Below, in pieces: positions 1 to 12,053 of a stretch of DNA of 64,000 bases. Source of the DNA: Selaginella moellendorffii (Eukaryota > Plantae > Lycopodiophyta). Within the stretch, counting starts at the first letter, position 1. The number at the start of each line of letters is the position of its first letter. The notes under the pieces were generated by a model. That model was not told where the DNA came from. It worked only from the letters and a program-made list of their open reading frames with translations, and searched no databases. The position numbers were made by a program, and so were the translations under genes. The stretch is from positions 3,088,849-3,152,848 of the forward strand of contig NW_003314261.1 of the NCBI RefSeq assembly GCF_000143415.4. Reading direction: 5' to 3'.

Positions 1-36
1 TCCACATGAAAAAAGAAGAATAAACAACAGAAACTA

Positions 37-3000
37 TTAAAATGCACTTGTAAGTACCTGAAAGAAAGTTGCGAAACTCCGAGCTCTCCCCGACCTTGGT
101 TTCCGATCAAAACTGCTCATTCTAGCTCGCTGAATGAAGCTATCACGTCCCAAGCTAGAACGGCGAGGAAGCAGCGACATGGAAGACGTCGCGGTAAACA
201 AATCGCATCTAACAATGATCAGGCGTGATCGTGCCACGACGTCAAGAACACTTCCATAGTAACTTCCATCTGAAAACCGCAAAACGTTTAGATATGTGAA
301 AGAATGAACGCATGTCGTGTTACCAGATGCCTGCAAACTAGCACGATGCGGACAGACAACAGCCGAAGGGGCAGCTATAATCTCGTCGCTTTCGTCTCTT
401 TTGATAAATCCATCAACGAGCAAAGCTGTTTCACCAGGCCGAAGCTCGACAACCTCACCTCGGAGGCAGGATACTGTGGTACTAGAGCTTTCAAACACCA
501 ATCGCAGTTCATGCATTGCGAGCAACTCAAATGTCTCGGGAAGAATTATCTTTGATATCGCAAGTGTACTTTCCTGCAGACAAAAGCTTTGAAATGGCAC
601 CAAGAAAATAGAGGAAACAAAGAGTGTACCTGCCAAAAGTAGTGTTCTAGCCTTGGCTCGGATCGACAAATTGAAAGCACTTTGGATGCCTCCAGAAAAA
701 AACACTGAACCACAGAATCCGCAGTCAACTCGCACAAGTAAGGCATCCCCATGAGAACTTCATAGAGACCCAGCGTGCTCCCATGGGCAAAAACTGGATG
801 AAGAGAGCGGTTCTTGTCCAAGTTTCGCTTGCTCCACTGTGCAAACACAAAATGCTCGTGAGACGAGGAGTGAAGAACTTAACGTACTTTGACAACTCCG
901 TTTGCTATAAGCCACAGGCCATCCGCTCGCGAGCCTTCTTCGCAAATAACATTACCACGTAGTTTCAAGCACTGCTTCGCACAGCTCACAAGTTGCGCCT
1001 GGATGTGATCGGGGAGGGCAGCAATGAAAGGATGATCACGCAAAACCTGAGAGCCTTTGGGTATCTTTACAGTAGGAGGTTTTCTTAGTAGTTTTTTTAG
1101 CTCTAGCTGCAATAAAACGTAATCTGTCAAGTTACTCCAGAAAGCTTGGTACCTTACCTGAATAGCATCACTGAGCTGCACAGTTTCCTTCTCTTCCAGC
1201 AGGCCTGATTTTTCCAGGCTTCTGATATAGTGATGGAGGCGTACTAGAATTGCATGTACAACTTGCTTAGTTTTAACCACTCGTAACACCTGCATTGCAA
1301 TACTTACTTAATATGCAAGTTCATAAGAACAAGAGGAAAAGCTGTGACATACCTGTGAAAATGTAAGTCGGATGTCCTCTAGAAATCGTTTAGCTTCCAG
1401 CTCCTCGTCCTCGCTTTCTTTTATAACAGCTTTTGTTACCTCGGTTTCACCTGAAAGGCAGAGCTGCTGATGTAGGGAAATTTCAACTGTAATGCAGGAG
1501 CTTACCAATAAAATCCCGAATATGGCGCCGAACATATACATGCGCACGTAAAAATGCTGCGGTGACATAGCACCCAAGTTCTAGCCTCTCTACTACCAGA
1601 TAGTGCACTAGTTTCTGTGGAAAGAAGGGGCGTTTGCTTTGCAAGAGCTTTAAGTATTTCGGAATGTGAACGTATGGCCGCAAACCAGTCCAATCCGAAA
1701 GCTCCTCCTGCTTGGCGACTCCGTCGAGAGCTTCGTCTACGGATTGCATTAGCAACAATGCAGCATTCTCCGAAATCCTCCCTTCCTCTAGCATCTGCCA
1801 ATATGCAGCTTGTACTCCTGTGTCACAGTTGTAACTGGTCACATCCAAAAGGAGTTGAATTGGCGGTGCATACCGTTTAGAAATCGCAAGCGCGTATCTT
1901 GCAATTGTATACTCCGTGAATCCTCGACATTTGGCGCTAATCCATGGGGATGATGACCCCTCCCAAACTGGTTCAAGCAGCCAATGTACTTATATACAGT
2001 TGTCATGTCGGCAGGTCCGAGCTCCTCGTCTTCTCCAAGCTCTTCATACGCTTCAACCGCTTTCATATTCATATCATGCATGACATGCTCTAGTACAAGC
2101 CTCTACAAGTTCAGACCGTGAGAACGCGTCAGTGAATTGCAAAGAACGTAGCGTTTACCTTAGTATCCGTTGTCTTTTCCATGCGAAGGAACCTTAAGAG
2201 GAATTGTGTTGTAGTCCCGTTGATAGTAAGCGTAAGAAACACCACCCCACCCGTGAAAAATACAAACTAGAAAACCGAATAAGGATATCCATTGAGAAAA
2301 ACAAACTATCAGCTAGCTAGCTAACCTTTGCTCGGGTGATCTCCGAGACGTTCCCAGAAACCTGCATAAACAACCTGAATTCAGCGAAGCACGACTACTT
2401 TAGGCACTTACATTGACAGAAAGTGATAGCGCTAGAGCAACAGCCCCTCGCAGACCAGCCCAAACAAGAACTGTTGCCTCCTTCAAACTTAGACCATATC
2501 CGTAGTATCTTAAACCAGGATACAGAACTACCACCACAAGAGCTCTTGACAGTTGGACAAAGAGGTAAAGAAGGACCAGATATCCCCAGTCTCGGGCTGG
2601 AAACAGCATTGAACCGCGAAGCTTAGTACGAGGAATTCCACCACTAGATAATAGATATCTACCTTCAATAAACGATTGACTTCGTAGGATGTTCTCGGCA
2701 ATGACAACGCCGCTGCGCAAGAACCGGGACGATGTAAACATTTGTCTTGCTGAGAAACACACTTACCTTAGCAAGAAGATGATAGTGTTGGCAAAATAAG
2801 CGACCATGTTCCTGAAAGCTAGTTTATTTAGTTCCTATTCTCAGCGGCTGATATACACACTGTACCAAAAGTGATGCATAGCTTGTTGACTTTCACCTCT
2901 AAAAGCAGTCCTGGCAAAAGCTGCAAGAAACCTTGAAAGCAAAGGCATTATGAGCTTCAACACGGGAATCTTACATGCCAACTGTCATGACGGCCAAGAC

Positions 3001-4210
3001 ACCGGAAACTTCCGCCACAGATTGTGCCTAGTACAAGAAGTTGTTACAAATATAGCCTCAAAGCCTCTCAGGTAAATATCTTACTAGAAAGAAAGCGAAG
3101 TAGCTTGCTGCGAATGTCAATGTAATCTCCATAACAGTATCGTTGAATATAAATCCCAGCCATAGTACCGTTATCATCCCAATAATCAAACCCAGTCCCA
3201 AGCTGCGAGCAAAACTCCAGCCAAATCAATTGAATCCGAAAGAGAGAGTAAGAGAAGTAAAAATCCTTACGCAAGAAGTGAGACTTTAGACAGGAACTCG
3301 ATCACATCGCCTGGAGAGAAATGCTTGCCCATTGCCATCTGATGAAACAGCTCAAACACAACCATTGCAGTCCTGCAGCACATGAAACGACTATCACACA
3401 TGTATAATTTGACACCAAGTTTCACGCACCCGTCGTTCATCAACGCTTCTCCATCGATGATGGTGTTGAGCTTCTTACTAGCTCCAAGGTCCTTGAGCAA
3501 GGCCACCACAGCCACGGGATCTGTAGCGCTTAGCAAGCCTCCCAAGAGCAAGGAAATGCTCCAGTTCCATCCATACGGAAACACACACTGGCAAACAGGA
3601 GAGCCAAATATACACTTTAGTTCCAAACAGGCTGAACTTACGTGATGCACGAGGGCGAGACAAAGAGTCGATATGATCACTCCAGGGACCGCGAGCAACA
3701 ACATCTGGATTATACATCTCTGTCCGCATGACCAGAAGAATCAGGACACTAGCGAAGCATTACTTGAAACCAGTACCTTTATTTGGTGGAACTCCATGGA
3801 GAAAGAACTATCGAAGAGGAGAGCAGGCAAAAACACGAACAGTATGAGGTTTGGATTGATCTTGGACCCTGAAAACATTTTATCTCGCGGGAATTTGTGA
3901 CACGAGAGCTGGAGAGAGAGTTTACTTACACATTCGTATACTCTGACCAAGTGCTCCAAGGCCACGATGAGTTCCATGCTCTGGAAATTGGGACAAAAGA
4001 TAGCATAAACAGTGAGAAGGAGAGAAAAATAAACGTACCGAGAGAACCAAGTCCGATTCCAATGACTAGCAAAACAACAGTGTAGGGAACTTTTATCTTG
4101 CCGACCATCTGGCGAGAGAGCGTCCCAATAAAGAACGCTACAACCACGAAGAGAATTGCAATCTCTGGACCCTCTCCTCCATGATCGCTTTGATCATCCT
4201 GCGAAGCCAT
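37..4210 (-). CDS. SOS1: SOS1/NHX7-type plasma-membrane Na+/H+ antiporter, paralog A (about 20 exons)
   Basis: Exons encode CPA1 transmembrane motifs (VFLPALLFDSSFSMEFHQIK, LLLGGLLSATDPVAVVALLKDLGASKKL, GEALMNDG, WAGLRGAVALALSLSV) and the SOS1 cytosolic region (VQAAYWQMLEEGRI, LRVVKTKQV, CNBD-like EGSRADGLWLIANGVVK). The 3' end may continue beyond the window via a possible donor after ...FFQ. Confidence 0.93.
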
Positions 4211-5009
4211 AGCCTTTGCTAGAAGAAAACGAGGACGGGGACTCGTGGTGCCGCTAGATTTTTAAGCACCAATGGTCAACGATGGAGAAATCCTCACGTT
4301 CCCAGCTACTGTGCCGCTGTCACCGTATTGGCGCGATCGCTCGAGACGATGGATCGATATATTATTTTGTGGAAATCTAGAATCGATAGGATTCCTCGTC
4401 CGGCCTGCCCTATCTCACCGTTGAATCGAAAACTAAAGATTAGGGATGACGATCGATAAGAATGCGAGGGACAAGGATCCCTTTTAAAACGTTAAAATTT
4501 CATGACCACAGGCAAGTGACAACTACGTGCCAGAAGTCGCGGTTTGGCGTACGGCACGTTCCTTTCTCTCAAGACAATGCTTGCACCACCGAAGAACGAC
4601 CTTCTGCAAGCACGCATCATTGACCAATCAACCAATAGCACCGGAAAAAAGAGGCTATAAGGGGGAAAGTGATCTTCAATGCTCTCTCCAGCGACGTGGT
4701 TTTTCCCGTGCTACAACCGACGTCCTCTCCTCCTGCATATGTTACTTCTTACAGCTTTGACGAAACTATGAAATACATTACCGGTAAGACGAGTCTTTTT
4801 GTATCTGACGGATCATGGTTAGCCACTCTTCTTAGCTCGTGTTTTCTGTGTCTGTTGATCAAGCTCTGAATCAGCAAAGAGAAGATAGATCATCCATTAC
4901 CAATTTTATTTCGCTGAATAGGCGCATAAGCGAAGCCGACGAAGCCTGAGAGAAAAAAAAAGGATTCTTTGAGGAAAAAAAAAAAGAAAGAAAGAAAAGT
5001 TTTGTGGCC

Positions 5010-7285
5010 GCACCTCAAGGACGGACATGTTTTCTACTGTCCCGTGAATAATCACGGAACTCAGCCACGAATATGTGTTTTTGCCATCACTAGGAAATTC
5101 TTTTTCTCGTCGCAAATCATCTGCAAGAGCAGCGTTAACATGCATTGATATAAGTAACAAAACGCAGGACTACCTCTAGGCACGAGCATTGCGCTCATGT
5201 CTTTGACAGGAACCGGGCAGCTTTCATGGCCAAGCTTGCGCCGTTGTCGACCTTCAGCAAAAGAAGAAAGAGTAAAGAGAAAGTAGTCAAGATTGAACAG
5301 AGGTACCTCTTGCCTGCTCGAACTTCCGATTTGCTGCAACACAGCCTGTAAGAAGCGAACATGATCGATGGTTTTCTCAAGAAGTGCGTCGATGCTACAC
5401 TGATCAGCAGACATTTATGAGCAGTTGAAAAAAGATACGTAGACAAAAAGAGAAAAAATCATACCTTTTCTGCGTTTGGAACAATGCCTCTGAGCTCCTT
5501 CACTCGGTCTAGAATTTGCGGCCTGCCCCTTGATTGTGGTTTTCCTTCTTCTTGAGGCCTAGCTCGCTTGACACCAGTCGGCTGCTGCTCATCTTTCTGT
5601 AGTGGTGATGGCGACGACGAGAATAGCATACTTGAAACAAAGTCTGAGCTTGCACCAAGCGCATGATCCCGCGCAACAGACAAGTTCATATCGTCTGCCA
5701 TCGCTTGCGTTTCAATGCCTGCTTCTGGAACCACCTTTGGCAAATCTTCTTCTCGGTAATCGTTACTATCTTTTGGCAGCAGAGCGAAGAATTGGTCGAT
5801 GTCTTCAACACCTCTGGGCATTAGACTGTCAAACCCGCGGTCGTGAAATGCATCTGCTGGGAGTAGCAAGCTGTCGAGATCAGGAAGCTCAGTTGCACTA
5901 CCGGAGCTTCCTACACCATGAGCTTCATCTGTACTTTCTTCCGTATTAGAATATGAGAGTGTAGTAGTCGGTGAAGTTCCATCATGCCGAGCCTCACAAG
6001 GAAAACCAACGCCCCCAAAGCTGCTGCAAGCTTCATTCGTTCCTCTCGATCTATGACGGGCTTGATCCAGAATCGTTGTCCCGGTGGATAGAAACATAGC
6101 AGGAGAACTTCCATCACAAACGTTCTTCGGACCTGCTAACAAGTTTTCCATGTCTCTTAAGTTTGACGCCGCAACACCTGCATTCATGAAGAGATTTCCA
6201 CCAGAAACCTGTGATCTCGAAGAACAGCTGAACGGGAACGGTGGCTGATGTGTAAGAAGGTTTGGCGCCGGTGCTGCCGTAAGCGCCTGGATGGGAGTCA
6301 TATACCGAAAAGCTCCTCCTTGAGTTGCTGCTTGGGCATTCACGTAGTCAGGGAAAAATGCTCCAGGCACCCTTTGAAGCGTGCAAAACATAGTCCTGAC
6401 GTGCGAAACCATTTCCAAGTCTTCCATGATCTGCCAATAGACATCAAAAACGAAAAGAATGAAGTGAAAAGATTGCTCACTCTCTGCGTAGATCCCAGCT
6501 GAACAACACCCTGCGGCACGGATATAACAGCTATTGTCTGCAGGCATATTGCTATTCAGAAACGAAATGAGAGAAGGATCCTCCCAAGAACATGTAAACT
6601 CACTTGAATCCCTGCAGCAAATTGGCTCGCCCATCCAGCCGGGTACTGCTCATCAAACAGGTGGATCTTGTCAGTGATGAACAAGAACAAAAAAAACTTA
6701 TAAAGAAGGCAAACCACAAAACAACAAGAAGAATGCGAAGACCTTTTCATGTAACGTTCCGTCCACTCGTCCAAAGACCCATTGGTGCTTCTGTGTGAAA
6801 GCCACACGACCAATTATCCTTGAAAAAAAATCGCACAATTAGAGCTCGCTGCTAAAAACGCAAAACAAGACAAAAAAAAATATCCTAGAGCAAGGTAATG
6901 CTCGTTACCCTTCGCCCAAGGAATAGACGTGGTAGCACATCTTGGCCACCGCCAAGCCAATCTGATCGTGAGAAAAAGAACTCGTCCCCGGAGCGCCAGA
7001 GTTTGCCGCTCGATCGAGAGGATTTCCTCCAGCAGCAGCGGCGGCGGCGGCGGCGGCGGCACTGGCGGCCGCCGCTGCGGAGTAATCGCAGTAGGCATCC
7101 TCCCAAGTAAGAACCCTGGCATCCATCGATCGCGAGGGAGAAATTCGCGAAACGTAGGCGATCGATAGCGATCCAAGCGAAATCCAAGAAACTTACATGC
7201 GATTGCGGCGCTTGAGGCGCCAGAACACCGCGTAGCACCAGCCGCTCTTGCCGCACAGGCTGCGCAAGCTCTGCTGGAGAAGCAT
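5010..7285 (-). CDS. LONESOME HIGHWAY (LHW/LHL)-like bHLH transcription factor
   Basis: Spliced N-terminus MLLQQSLRSLCGKSGWCYAVFWRLKRRNRM|VLTWEDAYC...VAKMCYHVYSLGEG|IIGRVAFTQKHQWVF (MYC-N domain); atypical bHLH QILDRVKELRGIVPNAEK|CSIDALLEKTIDHVRFLQ; ACT-like MICDEKKNFL. ATG at 7285 has an in-frame stop just upstream. 3' end uncertain. Confidence 0.88.
7030..7080 (-). repeat. (GCC/GCT)n trinucleotide tract encoding poly-Ala in the LHW-like gene
   Basis: cagcagcagcggcggcggcggcggcggcggc on +, read as SAAAAASAAAAAAAAAAGG on -. Confidence 0.85.
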
Positions 7286-7554
7286 CGCTCACACGAGGAG
7301 AAGAGATCGAGCGCCAACGCCATATCTATCTTCCCTATCCCTCCTTTTATACTCGCATAAAAAAATAAAAACAAAAAATCCAGCGATGGGGTTGACCACA
7401 GGGTAAAATATAGTCAGGTGGCTTTGACACTCACTACTAGCTTAGTTTATCAACTGACGAGCAAACTTTTTTTATTCTCAAAAATTTTCTTCCCGCAAAA
7501 ACTAGCTAATAAGCAGCACGAACAAAGACCTGCAAAGACAATGGAGACGATCGA

Positions 7555-9879
7555 TCACGACTGTGATAGAGAAAAGCGAAGAAGAGAGCTCTCTCACCAT
7601 GGTAGCGCCTAGAACAACGAGAAGCGCCACTCCAATGGCCGCTATGATCTGCCAGTGATCCTGGAGCGAGCGCTTCTTCCTCAGCTGGAGCTTCACCGGG
7701 GTGTTCTTGGCCGGTTTCTTCCCGCGGCGTGTCACGCTCGATGGCTTCTTCTCCTCAGGCGATGGCTTCTCGCCGTTCTCGGCAGCCACGGGCGGTTCCA
7801 AGTTTTCCTTTTCCTGCTCGGAGGGCGAATCGGCGCCTTCTCCGGCTTGGTCTGTGGCGGAAGTTTTCTTCCGGAGTCTCTTCTCCCTTTCCTGCAATGG
7901 AGGAGAGCTTGAAGTCAGACAAGAGTGGGGAGAGAGACTTGACGAACCTTTTCCCTGCGTTGGAGTTCCTTCTCGATCCGGGCCTGGGCCTTGGCTTGCT
8001 TCTTCTCAGCTTGCCTCTTCTTCCTGGCCTCGGCTTCCTTCGCCTTTTGAATCTCCACCTCCCTTCGCTCGAGCTGTTTCGCCAGCTCCGAGATTGCTGC
8101 TCGCTCCGCCTCCACCTCATCCTCGGCTTCCACGACATTCTCGCTCTCCTCAGAGACAGGCTTGGCTTTGGTTCCAGCTTCCTTGGCTTCCTTGGCATCG
8201 GACTTCTGCTTCGTTTTCGCAGCAGTCTTCGATGGCTCAGCCTTGACTTCAAGTGTTGGCTTCGGCGCTTCCTTCTCTTCTACTACAGGTGCCGGTGCAG
8301 CAACGGGAGGTTCATCTTTCGGGAGCTCATACGGTTGTTCGTTAGGTCCTAGCGACCTGCCGTCCGGGGTTGCCAAGCGCCTGATTGTACTCCGGAGATT
8401 GTTCTTCATATACTCCGACCGGAAGGAGGTATCGTTGTTCCAAAGTTCCATCACGCGCTCCACCTGGTGAAAAATGTCAAAAACAAATGACACTTCAACT
8501 TCACCAGACCTGGGCGGAGCAATATTCTTTCAAGGCCCCTGTATCTTTGGCGTACGCAAGCTGCTTGGCCGTGTTGATATCCCGCCTGTTTTGGTGGAAA
8601 TCGTTGTTCTGCATGGACAACAACACCGTTTAGCCTTGAAATCAACACTGGTTTATCCAACAGCCGCACCTTAGCATACTCTTGCGCTGACAAACTTCTA
8701 CGCTCGTTGAAGACTTCGTCAATAATTTCATCAAGCGCCTTCCTCTGAGACGAAAGAATCTTAATCTCCTCCGTAAGGGCCGAAACCCTGTCTTCCAACG
8801 GTTTTACTTTGGACCACGCCAGGTTCTTTTTCTTTGACAATTCTTCAATCTCCTCGTTCAGTGACTACGCCACAATTCAAAATCCTGTTAGCCTGGACAC
8901 TAAGTTACATGAAAAGCATTACCTTGAGTCGCGTTTGATAGCCTTGCTTGGCATCCTGTTTGGAAGCACGAAAGCTTGCATTGATAATTACCTGCTCGCG
9001 AGTGGCTTTAAGAGCCTGAATCTCGCGAATAATCTGTTTCTCTTCTCGTAAAGTTAACGGACGATCAAGCTGCTGTAAGTCATGCTCTAAGCCCGCAAGC
9101 TGAAACTCATTAGCAATTGGTCAGTAAACTATCCACAAGCATAGTGGGAGCTTCACCTTTGCATCGAGATCTTCCTCCGATCTACAAACATTAGACATAC
9201 CCGCATAAGGCAACTCATTGATTTTCTTAAGCTCCGCGGCCACAGGCTTGCTCTCTTCTATTTTCTCCTGGAGCTCGCCTCGGCACTCCCTAAAATAATT
9301 TCGAGGCTCGACAAGCTTGTCAAGCAGTTCCTGTTTCTCCGCCTGCAAACAAAGAAAGAAAACAGTGAGAGTTGTTCTTCCTTTTCTCTCTTTGGAACTA
9401 GGGAGTGAAGAACTTACTCTCTTTTGCTGGAGCTTTGCGATAAGAGAATTTTTCTTCTCAATCTTATCCTTAACTTGTGCGTCCGTCGTCGTCCTAAAAT
9501 CCACTAGATTGTCCCCACGTTTCGGAATTCTCACGAGGTAATACGTGAACACCGATTTTGTCGTGGGAGCTACTGCGGCCACTCCCCCGGGCGGATCACA
9601 GGAAGCAAATCCTTGCTCCGGCCATTCCGAGCTCGCCTCGCTGGGAGTAGCCCCGCCCACAATCGGAGCCTTCGCTATATTCTCGTCATTGTCGCGCTGC
9701 ACAGCTTCCTCGAGAATCCCACTCTCCGCGTGATCCTCGATCCCATCGGCAGCGTCATCGACCGAGGAGGGTGCTTCGTCTTCCACCGCCTGGTGATTCT
9801 CCTCCTCGGTATCGGCCGCCGCCACGGCATGCAATTTCTCGGCGGTGTCCGCCGCGATCGCCTCCGACACTGCTCCCAT
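7555..9879 (-). CDS. Proton pump-interactor (PPI1/BIP131-like) coiled-coil, tail-anchored protein
   Basis: YYLVRIPK motif, long coiled coil, family motif QVERVMELWNNDTSFRSEYMKNNLRSTIRRLATPDGRSLGPNEQP, KAQARIEKELQRREK and a C-terminal TM IIAAIGVALLVVLGA. Stop at 7555 if a 37-nt terminal intron is spliced, otherwise 7502. Confidence 0.85.
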
Positions 9880-10345
9880 GGCCGAGAAAGAGATCCAAAT
9901 CTTGATCTTAGGTCCCTAGAGCATCCGAAAGGGTGAAGGCCACCGAGATTCTCTCCCTTTCTTGCGAAATCTTCCTTAGATCTGCGAAAATCTGCTGTGG
10001 CGCTGCTAGCGCTCGGGATTCGAGCTACGAGGAAGACGAAATTACTTACCAAAAATTTTCCCCAAGATTGGATCCAGAACGCGGCACTTGCGAACTGTTC
10101 ACCCAAAAAAGCCTAAAACCTTCCCTGACCAAATGGGCTTTTAACACCACTTTTAACGCCAAAAGGGATAAACACGGCCCGTCCGATCGGCCAAGTTTAG
10201 GGCAGAGAATCCCGTCCGTCCGATGCAGGAAAAATCCAACGGTCATCGCAGGGTCCCACGTGAAAAATACGAAAGTCAAGACTATGCCACGTGGCAAGCC
10301 CTAGTTTAGGGTACAATGGAGGTTTAGGGCTTGCGGCGAGGAGGG
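9880..10345. promoter_or_regulatory. Bidirectional promoter PPI/LTV1 with site II, G-boxes and telo-box-like motifs
   Basis: TGGGCT near 10134, CCCACGTG near 10255, GCCACGTGGC near 10286, and TTTAGGG twice at 10305-10329 between the divergent ATGs. Confidence 0.5.
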
Positions 10346-11983
10346 ATGGGCAAGAAGAAGAAATTCATCGACAAGAAGAAATCCGCCACATTCGCGCTGC
10401 TCTACCGGGAATCTGGCGATGGCGAGGAGATTGGGGGTGAGCGAGTGTACACGCGAGTGGACGGCAATACCGCGATCCGGTTGCCAGGTTTCGAGCAAGA
10501 CGACGACGATGATTCCAGGTTTGCTGATGCTGAGGAGGAAGAAGAAGAAGGGGAATTGGAGGCGGCAGTGGCGAAGATGGAGATTACTCCGCAGGGATTG
10601 CCGGAGCATGTAAGGAGAGAGCTCGTGGAGATGGGATTTCCAGACGATGGCTACAATTACATGAAACATATGAGGAGCATTGGTGCTGGAGGCGGTAGCG
10701 TCTTTGTTCCCACGACCAGTGAGACGAGTAATGTTCTTCCAGCCGATTTTAAGGTATGATTTTTTCTTTCTTCCTTCGCTTGCGATCCAATAGAGTTTCG
10801 TTCTTCAGGCTTATGATGCTTCCAAAGTTCCTGTCAAGGAAGCGGTTGCGGACGAATCTGCCAGTAACACGATCAATCTCAGGCAGATTCGAAGTGCGTT
10901 TGTCAAGGTGGGAGGCTTGGATCCCGAAGTTGCTGCTGTTCTCGAGGAGAGTGATTTCTCAGACGATGATGGGGACGAGTCCGATGGTTTGCAAGACGAT
11001 TTTATCCTCATTGCAAACAAGGGGGTGGAGGAAGAGGCCAAAGCCGAAACTTCCAACAGGAAGGATTTGCCACCCGTGAAAAGGTTCGAAGAAGAGGAAG
11101 GGGAAGAAGTTCGGTCTTTCGCAGCGATGGCCATCACCGACGAGCGAGCGAATGGTATTCTCGACGAGCAGTTTGAAGTGGTAAATCTCTTGCCGCAACT
11201 TATCGAGATCGTGACTGACTATCGTTTCTTTTGCAGCTCACCTCGAAAGAATACGACTGTGATGTTGCGGACTTCGGGGACGACGATCCGCGAGCCAGAG
11301 GCCAGGCCCACATTTCGGAATTCACGTCGATCTTTGACGAGTTTCTTGCGGAAAATCCGAGTTTCGTGAGCAAGCCAGTTCAACCGACAGTGAAGCAAGA
11401 GAGACTGGAAGAAGTGCTAGTGGTGCAAGAGTACGAGGAGTTTGGAAAGAGCAGTGAGTCTGCGGAGGAAGAGCTGGAAACAGTCTGGGTTGACGAAAGC
11501 GACGCTGACAAAAAGGCGAAATGGGACTGTGAGACGATCGTGTCTACACTGTCGAACCTCGACAATCATCCATCGAGGATCGGAGCTCCAGTCGGCAAAC
11601 GGGTCGACTTCTCCTCGATTCGCCAGGCGCAGCAGCAAGTGATTCGCATTGGCGGCAAGCAAAAGTTGCCACTGGATTTCGTGACGCCAAAGACGAGCGA
11701 AGTGTTGAGCGAGCGGAAGAAAGAGTCGGAGCCACACAAGAAAACCGCTCCGCTGCGACAAAAGGGAGAGAGCAAAGAGGAACACAAAGCTCGAAAGGTG
11801 AGTTTGATATTTTCTTTGGAACTTAGTTCTCAGTTGCTGCTTTGGTTTTGGCAGAGCGCAGTGAAAGACGAACGACGAGCTGCGAGGATGGCCAAAAAGG
11901 AGCTCAAAACTCGATTCAAAATTGAGTCACAGAGAGCACAGTCTGGGGCCGCAGTAGCAGCACCACCAACAATTCACCTCTAG
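10346..11983 (+). CDS. LTV1: LTV1 (low temperature viability protein; 40S ribosome biogenesis factor)
   Basis: MGKKKKFIDKKKSATFALLYR, GFPDDGYNYMKHMR, LDPEVAAVLE, WDCETIVSTLSNLDNHP, ESKEEHKARK|SAVKDERRAARMAKKELK; three short introns. Confidence 0.92.
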
Positions 11984-12053
11984 GTAGCTTATTCTCGTTC
12001 GAATTCCATGACAAAATCGACCATATGCTCCACTTTTCTTCTTCGCTTTTTTC

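Noticed and set aside
7286-7374. Match to the angiosperm LHW conserved-peptide uORF
   Set aside because: No recognisable similarity; kept only as a generic overlapping uORF.
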